Notes under the pieces: model-generated | The model's database searches: none | The model's input: only the letters and a program-made list of their open reading frames with translations | Told to the model about the DNA's origin: nothing | NCBI GenBank assembly: GCA_964016885.1 | Contig: OZ024755.1 | Location: 40,300,001 to 40,364,000 of the forward strand | DNA length: 64,000 bases | From: Eledone cirrhosa | Lineage: Eukaryota | Reading direction: 5' to 3' | Shown: one piece after another, positions 8,532 through 19,400 of the stretch | How the letters are laid out: every line of letters starts with the position of its first letter | Position numbering within the stretch: position 1 is the first letter of the stretch | Program-made: the position numbers and the translations under genes

Positions 8532-11500
8532 GTAGAAGAAAAGGAAGAAAGCACAAGCACGGACCTGAAAGAAAATGAGATACCCGCCGCCACAGTCAAG
8601 GAAGGCAGGCCGGGCAACTAACAAGCAAACGGTAAAGGTGAGAAGCGAAATCACCTTCCAAAGGAGAACCAAGCGGAGAGGGACCAGTGGACAACTGTCC
8701 AAAGGAAGAACAGAAAGCGCCGGGATACTGGGAGCAAGAAAACCCAGGTAACGTGCAAGATATTCAGGAACGGGACCTGCTGGCATGGAGAGACAGGGAC
8801 AGGTTGCAGAATCGCTCACCCCAGGCCCCATGCGAACTATGCCCATCCTACTCGCACAACATGCCCCAGCCAAAACCCAAACAAGCTGCCCCAGAAGTCT
8901 GCTGATGTCGCGCGTGTCGCTCCATCAAGGAAAGGGCACTCATATGCCGACAAGATACAGATGGCAGCAGCAGAGCAAAAAAATGTTTAGTGGTGGCAGA
9001 GAAGATTGTGGGACAGCTGACCTGGCTGCATCGTTTTCAGAGCCAGGGTCACTCACACCAGCACTCGAGACCACCACAATTAAGGGACTCAGAGTGGCCG
9101 CCGCTGACACCAGACCAGGTGTCATACCGTCAGCCATTACTGGCACCCCAAAAGTCACACCAGTGCTGCTGCTGAATGTCAAAGGCCTGGTGAAACTCAC
9201 TAACATGAGTAAAATGTCCTACCTGGGAGACTTAGCTAAAAGCAATCAAGCATTATGCATGGCACTAACCGAAACGCACCTGACAAGCAGTATAGCAGAT
9301 GCAGAAATACATATACCAAAATATACTGTATTTCGTTCGGACAGCAAGAAGAGAACTCATGGTGGGGTTGCTCTGTATATCCGTGAAGATGTCACACCAA
9401 TTGTACTGTTGACACATTCAAACTGAGTCTGTGACACACTGATAGTACATATGAAGCAACTAAAGACAGTAATATGTGTCACATATCGGCCGCCCGATGC
9501 CCCCAGTCATGAGGGTAAATTTGAGGATAGCCTCAGTAGGATAGAAGAGGTCCTTGACAAACTGAACCAGGGTTTCAACATTCTACTGCTAGGAGACTTC
9601 AGCCTGCCAAAGGTCAAATGGCCTGAGGGCCACCACCTCCCTGGAATGACGTCAATAGAACAGAGACAGACGGAATCCATGCTGGCCCTCACACACAGGA
9701 TGTTCATGGAACAAGCAGTACTTCTCCCAACAAGAGGCGAGAATGTCCTAGACCTCTGTTTTACAAACACCGAAGTGCTCATCCACAATGTAAAAAGTGA
9801 CACCCACAATTTTCTCGGATCATAACTTAGTAGAACTAATGATATGTGGTCCGAGTGAATCAGCAGAGACGCAACCACCAAGAAGCACCGAGACCTTATC
9901 CAGCCTTAACTTCTACAAGGCTAACTGGAAAAAGATCAAGAGAGAAATCCGGAAGCAAATATGGAGCAAAAACACCGCCACACAAGACACCAACACACAA
10001 TCTCAAAACTTCATGACAACGATACACACTATAGGCCAAGGGTTTGTCCCGGAGAAAAAGGCCAACAGATACAAAAGTCTTATTCCCAGAGATAGGAGAT
10101 TCCTTATGAGACGAAAAACCAAGCTGTCAAACCAGTTGAATGCACAACAAGAAAACAAAAACAAGAAGGAATCCTATTTGAAACGGGCACTACTTGGTAC
10201 CGAGATTGCACTCAAACTTTCCCATGAAAATGAGAGGGAAGAAAGAGAACAGGGCCATAGAAAACATTAAAAGAAACCCTAAGGCCTTCTTTAAATTTAC
10301 AAAAGAAACTGCATCGGTACACTGCAAGATTGGGACACTCTTCCACATGGACGGTTCATTAACCGAAAACCCCCAAGAGATATGTGAAATACTGAACGAA
10401 TAGTACAAAAGTGTATTCACATGTCCACTGAGGCACATGCAAATAACGAAGCCAGAGGAGTTCTTTGATGCCACAACACTACATCAAGAAATGGCAACCA
10501 TCAACCACATAGACATAACGGAGGAGGATGTGGTGTACGCCATTGATGAAATTAGAACAGACTCGGCTGCTGGACCTGATGGATTCCCAGCAGTTCTCTT
10601 AAAAAGATGTAAGCGGGCCTTAGCAACTCCACTGAAGATGCTCTTCAGAAGCTCCTTGCCTAGCGGTGTACTACCCAGGGAACTGAAAGAAGGCACAATA
10701 TGACCGCCTGACTAGCACGCAACATGGCTTCTGCCCAGGAAGAAGCTGCCTTACACAGCTGCTACATCACTACCACTGTACTGAAACAACTGCTAGACAG
10801 CTCACATGTGGACGTGATATATCTTGACTTTGCGAAGGCATTTGACAAGGTCGACCACGGAATGATATGTCACAAACTATACGGACTCGGTATAATTGGA
10901 AAAGTAGGTGGCTGCATGACTTCTTAAAGGACATAAGCCAGACAGTCGAAGCAATCGGGGCCCTCTCAAAGGAAACATCAATAACAAGTGGGGTGCCCCA
11001 AGGTACCATCCTGGGATCACTACTGTTTTGGGTGGCTCTTCCAGACATGCCCCCTGTAGTACATACAACAACATCCCTCACTAGATATGCTGATAACACT
11101 AAGGTAGCACAGGCAATCAAAAACCCGGCTGGCGCTGCCCTTTTACAACAAGATCTAGATGCCATATACAAATGGGCGGAAGAAAACAACATGCAGTTTA
11201 ATGCTGGCAAATTCCAAGCCCTATAATACAAACCTGCAAACACAAATACAGTACAACACAGTTACGCAGGACCAGGAGGGACCGATATACCCGTGTAAAA
11301 ATCGATATGAGACCTGGGTATAGACATGGGTGATGATGCATCTTTTTCCTCACACATCATGAAAGTGGCGACAATGTGGGGACGACTCGCTGGCTTGAGA
11401 CACCATGTTGGACCATGTTGACATTTGTCCTAAGCTCCCAGTTGTGGTCACCCTATAGTGTCAAACTAAACACGGAGCTTGAGGCAATCCAGCGAAGCTA

Positions 11501-12000
11501 CACCAAGAGGATTGCCACGATGAAGGAGTTAAGCGACTGGGAGAGGCTAAAAGAACTGAACCTCTACTCCTTGGAACGAAGACGGGAGAGATACGCAGTG
11601 ATCGACATGTGGAAAATCCTGGAGAGACTAGCACCAAACTTTGGCATTGGGAGCTGGATTAACCGTCGAACAGAACGTTGCTGTGTAGTGCCAAAGGTCC
11701 CATATTCCACATCTAGAATAAGGAGCAGATATTGCAATAGCCTGAAGTTCAAGGGCCCTCAATTCTTCAAGCTGACGAGGGACCTGAGAGATCTGAATGG
11801 TGTGGATGTGGATGTCTTCAAGAAACATCTCGACACCTGGCTCTCCACGATCCCTGATGAGCCCACAGCAAGGCACGAGGGAAACCTAAGGGCAGCAGCA
11901 CCGAACTCCCTCTTACACCAGTGGGCAACCAATACAGGCTGGAGATAAAATGTGTAGCAACAAGGGCCGTGCCCCAGCTTGGCCTCAGCCGATTAGAGTT
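8532..12000 (+). mobile_element. Decayed CR1/L2-group LINE: ORF1 remnant plus ORF2 (APE endonuclease + RT) with stops, frameshifts and an internal RT deletion
   Basis: APE motifs: LLLNVKGL, ALTETHL, HGGVALYI, TYRPPD, LLGDF, PTRGENVLDLCFTN, SDHNLV. RT motifs: DVIYLDFAKAFDKVDH, SGVPQGTILG, YADNTK. C-terminus: LEAIQRSYTKRI..WERLKELNLYSLERRRERY. Confidence 0.9.
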
Positions 12001-12138
12001 TACACTCAAGGGGCCATTTACAATTATTTAGCTCTAAGAAAGAAGCATTTAAGTGTTTATCATATATATATATATATATATAAATCAGGAAAGAAGAGTG
12101 ACACGGTTTGCTATACAAAAAAGGTTTTTAATCTCATT

Positions 12139-12244
12139 GCTGACAATTGTTTCTCTGAACTGGTAGGTCTAGAGATCGCTATCCGCTTATTTTCGCGTCA
12201 CTCGATCGCCAATACAAAATTATAACCAGTCAGTTCATCGGAGC
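12139..12244 (-). ncRNA. Hammerhead-like motif with CCGAUGA core and long stem II insertion
   Basis: Minus strand: gct-CCGATGA-a-ctgactggt...(about 60 nt)...accagttcag-a-GAAA-caattg-TC-agc. Stem III is palindromic. Confidence 0.55.
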
Positions 12245-12487
12245 TTGTGAGAATGAAGCGTTGATATCATCCACTACCCAGAGTACCATAACTGGACTAC
12301 ACCTAAGTGGACTGTATATAACTATTATTTGTTACCCCGTATATATATATATATATATATTTTCTTTTTTTTATTTCAGAGTCAGGCATGATCTCCATAT
12401 CGATCGTGCTTCGAGCTGATCGCCCGAGAATCATTTGTAATATGTCCACTAAATTCCTTTCGTCGCAACACTGATTCTCTTTTTTCT

Positions 12488-12490
<3 letters not shown>

Positions 12491-12532
<42 letters not shown>

Positions 12533-12538
12533 AACTAC

Positions 12539-12593
<55 letters not shown>

Positions 12594-12609
12594 ACTACAT
12601 ATATATACA

Positions 12610-12659
<50 letters not shown>

Positions 12660-12686
12660 CATATATATATAACTACATATATATAC

Positions 12687-12751
<65 letters not shown>

Positions 12752-12817
12752 CATATATATATATAACTACATATATATATACATATATATATATAACTAC
12801 ATATATATATATATAAC

Positions 12818-12867
<50 letters not shown>

Positions 12868-12970
12868 ACTACATATATATATACATATATATATATAACT
12901 ACATATATATATACATATATATATATAACTACATATATATATACATATATATATATATATACACATATAT
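12491..12970. repeat. Compound (TA)n microsatellite punctuated by TACA and TAACTACA units
   Basis: Direct reading. ATAACTACAT recurs at a spacing of roughly 30-80 bp. Confidence 0.95.
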
Positions 12971-13580
12971 GGTGGCTGCCAACTCGTTTTCGAGTACGGC
13001 CACTACTTTATATCCATGTAGGAGAACCCCTGCCGATGCGCTGAACAAGAGTGACATTTTAGTCCAGCCAGCGACTTGAAAACTCTGGTACAAACACTAC
13101 ACTTGTGACAATTACTGACACATAATGTAGGGTCCATGGTACCATGTGACGACAAGTGCAGAGAGATCTCCAGATATAAAGCAATGCCTGTGCCGTAAAG
13201 CTTTTATAATGAGCAAAGGCACTGCACAAAGCCAGTCCCACTCTCTTAACCAAGATGATATTTACCAAATAGAAGAACAAGTCAACATCATTGGATACCA
13301 TAAGGGTTGCAGGTGTTATATCAGAGTTTTCCTTCTCCTAGAATTCTGCCTTGACAAAGGCTAAGGGGTCATCTCTCCCGGTGATTTTGGATGGCCATTG
13401 ACTCTTAAGAGCTCCTTTGCCCTTTGACAGGTTTTGTTTTTAGTCCTGCAGGGTGTCCAAAGTCACCCTCCTCACCAAGAAACCTTGGTGGGGTTGCCAG
13501 TTTAGTCGCCAACGACCCGACCATGAGACAGGTTGTACTGGGATACATGTTACCAGTAGCACCAACTGGTGACCTGACAC
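12971..13580 (-). mobile_element. Probable 5' UTR region of an RTE-type retroposon
   Basis: GC-richer island. Minus-strand GGGAGAGATGACCCCTTAGCCTTTGTCAAGGCAGAATTCTAGGAGAAGGAAAACTC resembles recalled RTE 5'-UTR motifs. No ORF. Confidence 0.45.
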
Positions 13581-13650
13581 ATATATATACATATATATAC
13601 ACACATATATAAATTACACAATTATCATAGTTATGTTCAAATCATTTAAT

Positions 13651-13697
13651 TGCTGACAATCGTTTCTTTCAAACTTTCGTCTGAAGTAATCGGAGCA
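13651..13697 (-). ncRNA. Degenerate hammerhead-like motif (CCGAUUA core)
   Basis: Minus strand: tgct-CCGATTA-c-ttcagac-gaaa-gtttgaa-a-GAAA-cgattg-TC-agca. The stems pair but core G8 is lost. Confidence 0.5.
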
Positions 13698-14401
13698 TTA
13701 GCAATGTTTGTACATATAATTAACCTCCGATTCAACTGAACAATCATATAGATACATATATATTTATGTTGTGAACAACAGTTCCGTATTTACAGGGTGT
13801 AATGGATGCGACATATATTATACGAGAATAGTACAATAATTAAAATTAAAATTAAAAGCACAGAGTGGAATACATGCGTCAGATAATACAAGAGAATAGT
13901 CTAATAATTAAAGAGGCATTGAGAAAGAATGAGGACATACACACACACACACACCACACACCACACACCACACCACACCACACCACACACACACACGGTT
14001 GTATGTATCTATACTTGTAACACACTCCCTTATGGTAGAGTCAAAATTTGGCCGAATCGAACTACTTTTTCTAGTAGCACGTAGTCTGCCAATGCCCACC
14101 TTACTACCATCTTTCTGGACTGAGATAGTCTCCTAATGATTTAGGATTTCTCGCGATATTCCATTTGGAGTACTGTTATTTTCTCAATGAAACTGCAGTA
14201 GGGATATTACAGTAAGTAAAGAGTCTTTTCTTACCTTGTTTGCTTTTCACAGATTATGATTAGATTAAGATCTGAATGGGTTGATATTTGTTAATTCTTT
14301 CATAAAGCAAAACCTAGTATCGGTTGGACGTCGTTGTTCTTATCTATACTTGTGTAGAGATATATGTACTTCTTCATTTAATTTGTATATATATATATAT
14401 A

Positions 14402-14630
14402 TTTGTTTTTTCCTATCTTTGCGTTGCTATCAATCCTTCTTGTTTATTTACTTGTCTCGCCCGTTTAACGCGATTTACTTGTCCCAATAGCTTTATTTAG
14501 CTATTGCTCGCACCAACTGGAGGTATATGATTTTTAAAGCGATCAAATACCAATGAAGGTTGGAAACTCACTGACGAAGGACTATTTTTATCATATGTAA
14601 CCACGCAGTATTCTTTCTACTCATGTTTTA
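14402..14630. repeat. Partial second copy of the 2993-3540 interspersed repeat
   Basis: Direct alignment by eye, with few substitutions and one ~11-bp deletion. Confidence 0.85.
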
Positions 14631-15208
14631 TATATATATATATATATACAAAATTAAGATAAATTAAATGAATTTAATCTAAATCAAAATTATGGGTGTC
14701 ATGACAGAAAGACATGCGCCATACCATCCGGAAAATAAGCTCCAAGATTCTTCCTTGTTGAAAATCCAAAATCTCCACTTCCGTGGTTTACCATCTGATT
14801 AATTGGTGAAATATATTTCTTTAATGGAATATATAGAGGGAAGATTAATCATATTATAAGGTATCTATTTTTGAAGTTCTGGTCAACTTTATTTAGTTAG
14901 CTACCTAGCTATGTGTGGCTACACACTTGTAAAAATTATCTCCTGTGATTATTCATGTTTATATATATGTTAATCACTTTCTAGTTATTATATATATATA
15001 TATATATATATAAGTGAAAGGTATAGAAATTGTTTTAGCGAGAAGCTAACAGTATTCCATAACATATATGCGACTATGTCGTCAAGATGGGAAAACTAGT
15101 TAACGTAAGATGTAGGAAAAATATTTCAAACTCATCTCAAAAGAGAATCAGGATACAAATTCATCCACAGAATTTAGTGAAATCCAGGGAAAAATCAATA
15201 GACCCTTA

Positions 15209-15239
<31 letters not shown>

Positions 15240-15280
15240 CATCTTCAGATTTTGGTCTGCATAATTATCGTTATTATATA

Positions 15281-15397
15281 TGATCTGAGTTCAAATCCCG
15301 CCAACTTTGTCTTTCATCCTTTCGGGGCCGATAAAATTAAGTACCAGTAATGCACTGGGATAATTGTTGACCTTGTGCCAAACGTAGAAATAATTAT
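15281..15397 (+). mobile_element. tRNA-derived SINE fragment
   Basis: B-box-like GAGTTCAAATCCCG followed by the conserved SINE body motif CTTTCATCCTTTCGGGGCCGATAAAATTAAGTACCAGT and the tail CCTTGTGCCAAACGTAGAAATAAT. Confidence 0.7.
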
Positions 15398-15400
15398 CTA

Positions 15401-15452
<52 letters not shown>

Positions 15453-15457
<5 letters not shown>

Positions 15458-16060
15458 GGTAAAGTCAATTTTTTAAAATTTATTTTGAAACTTTTTCATT
15501 ATTTGCTAAACCTTGTTTATATATGTTCTGGCTCGTTAATTTATTAACCTGCCATTGAACCACATTGGCATTTGGTTGGACAATACATGCGTCCCTTAGC
15601 GCCTTGTGCGTGAAGGAACACATATCCTATTATTACTATTCTCCTCTATTGTTGAGAAAAAATTTGGTCGTTCCGACTGCTGCTAGTGATAGTGGCGGCC
15701 GGTTTGACCTACCTCCCTCTGCCTCTATCTTTACTTCGGCCCTTGAAAAAATTGATTCCACTTCATTCACTCTCATCTCGGGAACAGTTTTGGATAGCGC
15801 TAGTTCGTAATTTAAATTCAAGAATTTTATATTCATCGAATGAAAAGAACCTTCTGACGAGAGTCTTTCTTTGAAACGAAGGCCGTATGGTCTCCGTTTA
15901 TTTTTGGGATTCGAAACCAATCGGTAAAGGTAACTATAGTAGGTAAAATCAATTTTTTTAAATTTATTTTGAAATTTTTCATTATTTGCTAAACCTTGTT
16001 TATATATATATAAAATAGCTAATTTGCTAAACCTTGTTTATATACAATAAAATAGCTCCA
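15453..16060. repeat. Unclassified element bracketed by ~70-bp direct repeats (15453-15523 and 15937-16007) plus a short tandem duplication
   Basis: TAGTAGGTAAA(G/A)TCAATTTTTT...ATTATTTGCTAAACCTTGTTTATATAT occurs twice. ATTTGCTAAACCTTGTTTATATA occurs a third time at about 16022. Confidence 0.8.
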
Positions 16061-16090
16061 GGAAAGGAATCTTTCCGAGCCGTGTAATAC

Positions 16091-16396
16091 AATTGAATTT
16101 ATGAGAGGGATGAACACCGATACAAGTATACATGTGTTCGATTGCAAATGACCAAGTTAGCTAGGTTGAAAAATACTAATTTAAAACAATATGGTTTGCC
16201 TGTCTCGATTTAAAGTAATAATTCAATAAAAATAACAAATACCCGGACATATCTAAATCTATTTCGCAACAATTATTAAGTGAAAGTCACCATTCCTGTG
16301 CTCTAAATTAGTATTTTCAACCTAGCTAACTTGGTCATTTGCAATTCGAACACATGTATACATGTATCGGTGTTCATCGCTTTCATATATTCAATT
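16091..16396. mobile_element. MITE/fold-back element with ~93-bp inverted repeats, abutting the satellite
   Basis: GATGAACACCGATACAAGTATACATGTGTTCGATTGCAAATGACCAAGTTAGCTAGGTTGAAAAATACTAATTTA vs TAAATTAGTATTTTCAACCTAGCTAACTTGGTCATTTGCAATTCGAACACATGTATACATGTATCGGTGTTCATC. Confidence 0.75.
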
Positions 16397-16409
16397 ATAA
16401 ACTTGTTAT

Positions 16410-19400
16410 CAGTATGGCCACAGTCTAATGACTGTTACCAGTAACATAAAAGTGCCCCAATATGGCCACAGTCTAATGACTGACACCAGTAACATAACAA
16501 TACCCCAGCATGGCCACAGTCTAATGACTGACACCAGTAACATAACAATACCCCAGCATGGCCACAGTCTAATGACTGACACCAGTAACATAACAGTGCC
16601 CAAGTATAGCCACAGTCTAATGACTGACACCAGTAACAGAACAATGCCCCAGTATGGCCACATTCTAATGACTGACACCAATAACATATCAGTGCCCCAG
16701 TATGCACACAGTCTAATGACTGACACCAGTAACATAACAGTACCCCAGTGTGGCGAGAGTCTAATGACTGAAACCAGTAACAAAACAGTGCCCCAGTATG
16801 GCCACAGTCTAATGACTGCAACCAGTAAAAGAACAGTGCGCCAGTATGTCCACAGTCTAATGACTGCCACCAGTAACAGAACAGTGCCCCAGTATGGCCA
16901 CAGCCTAATGACTGCCACCAGTAACAGAACAGTGCCCCAGCATGGCCACAGTCTAATGACTGACACCAGTAACATAACAGTGCCCCAGTATGGTCACAGT
17001 CTAATGACTGACACCAGTAACATAACAGTGCCCCAGCATGGCTACAGTCTAATGACTGACACCAGTAACATAACAGTGCCCCAGCATGGCCACAGTCTAA
17101 TGACTGACACCACTAACATAACAGTGCCCCAGTATGGCCACAGTCTAATGACTGCCACCAGTAACAGAACAGTGCCCCAGTATGACCACAGTCTAATAAC
17201 TGACACCAGTAACATAACAGTGCCCCAGCATGTATACAGTCTAATGACTGACACCAGTAACAGAACAGTGGCCCAGTATGGCCACAGTCTAATGACTGAA
17301 ACCAGTAACATAACAGTGCCCAAGCATGGCCACAGTCTAATGACTGACACCAGTAACATAACAGTGCCCCAGCATGGCAAAAGTCTAATGAATGCCACAA
17401 GTAACAGAACAGTACCCCAGTATGGCCACAGTCTAATGACTTCCACCAGTAACATAACAGTGCCCCAGCATGGCAACAGTCTAATGACTGACACCAGTAA
17501 CATAACAATACCCCAGTATGGTCACAGTCTAATGACTGCCACCAGTAACATAACAGTGTCCCAGCATGGCCACAGTCTAATGACTAACACCAGTAACAGA
17601 ACAGTACCCCAGTATGGCCACAGTCTAATGACTGCCACCAGTAACATAACTGTGCCCCAGTATGGCCACAGTCTAATGACTGACATCAGTAACATGACAG
17701 TACCCCAGTATGGCCACAGTCTAATGACTGACACCGGTAACAGAACAGTGCCCCAGTATGGCTACAGTCTAATGAGTGCCACCAGTAACATAACAGTGCC
17801 CCAGCATGGCCACAGTCTAATGACTAACACCAGTAACAGAACAGTACCCCAGCATGGCCACAGTCTAATGACTGACATCAACAAAAGAACAATGCCCCAG
17901 CATGGCAACAGTCTAAAGACTGACACCAGGAACATAACAGTACCCCAGTATGGCCACATTCTCATGACTGACACCAGTAACATAACGGTGCCCCAGTATG
18001 GCTACAGTCTAATCACTGACACCAGTAACATTACAGTACCCCAGCATGGCCGCAATCTAATGAGTGCCACCAATAACAGAACAATGCCCCAGTATGGCCA
18101 CAGTCTAATAACTGACGCCAGTAACATAACAATACCCTAGCATGGCCACAGTCTAATGAGTGACACCAGTAACATAACAGTGCACCAGCATGACCACAGT
18201 CTAATGACTGACACCAGTAACATAAGAGTACCCCAGCATGGCCACTGTCGAATGACTGTCACCAGTAACATAACAGTGCCCCAGTATGGCCACAGTCTAA
18301 TGACTGACACCGGTAACATAACAGTGCCCCAGTGTGGCCACAGTCTAACGACTGACACCAGTAACATAACACTGCCCCAGTATGGCTACAGTCTAATGAC
18401 TGCCACCAGTAACATAACAGTGTCCCAGCATGGCCACAGTCTAATGACTAACACCAGTAAGTGAACAGTACCCCAGCATGGCCACAGTCTAATGACTGAC
18501 ATCAACAAAAGAACAATGCCCCAGCATGGCCACAGTCTAATGACTGACACCAGTAACATAACAATACCCCAGTATGGTCACAGTCTAATGATTGCCCCCA
18601 GTAACAGAACAGTGCCCCAGTATGGCCACAGTCTAATGACTGACACCAGTAACATGACAGTACCCCAGTATGGCCACAGTCTAATGACTGACACCGGTAA
18701 CAGAACAGTGCCCCAGTATGGCCAAGGTCTAAAGACTGACACCAGGAACATAACAGTACCCCAGTATGGCCACATTCTCATGACTGACACCAGTAACATA
18801 ACAGTGCCCCAGTATGGCTACAGTCTAATCACTGACACCAGTAACATTACAGTACCCCAGCATGGCCGCAATCTAATGAGTGCCACCAATAACAGAACAA
18901 TGCCCCAGTATGGCCACTGTGGAATGACTGACACCAGTAACATAACAATACCCTAGCATGGCCACAGTCTAATGAGTGACACCAGTAACATAACAGTGCC
19001 CCAGCATGACCACAGTCTAATGACTGACACCAGTAACATAAGAGTACCCCAGCATGCCCACTGTCTAATGACTGTCACCAGTAACATAACAGTGCCCCAG
19101 TATGGCCACAGTCTAATGACTGACACCAGTAACATAACAGTGCCCCAGTATGGCCACAGTCTAATGACTGACACCAGTAACATAACAGTGCCCCAGTATG
19201 GCCACAGTCTAATGGCTGCCACCAATAACAGAACAATGCCACAGTATGACCACAGTCTAATAACTGACACCAGTAACATAACAGTGCCCCAGTATAGCCA
19301 CAGTCTAATGACAGACACCAGTAACATAACAGTACCCCAGCATGGCCACAGTCTAATGACTGACACCAATAACAGAACAATGCCCCAGTATGGCCACATT

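Noticed and set aside
14200-14255. Splice-site-like motifs (CAGTAAGT, TTTTCACAG, minus-strand AGGTAAG)
   Set aside because: No coherent exon or ORF can be assigned, and such motifs occur by chance.
14790-14830. CTGATTA...GAAA hammerhead-like string
   Set aside because: G8 is missing and stems I and II do not pair convincingly.
15045-15090. Minus-strand TTGACGA...GGAA hammerhead-like string
   Set aside because: Both core boxes are imperfect and there is no stem I.
15636-15920. 94-aa minus-strand ORF
   Set aside because: Non-ATG start, no recognisable motif, and it lies inside a repeat-bounded element.
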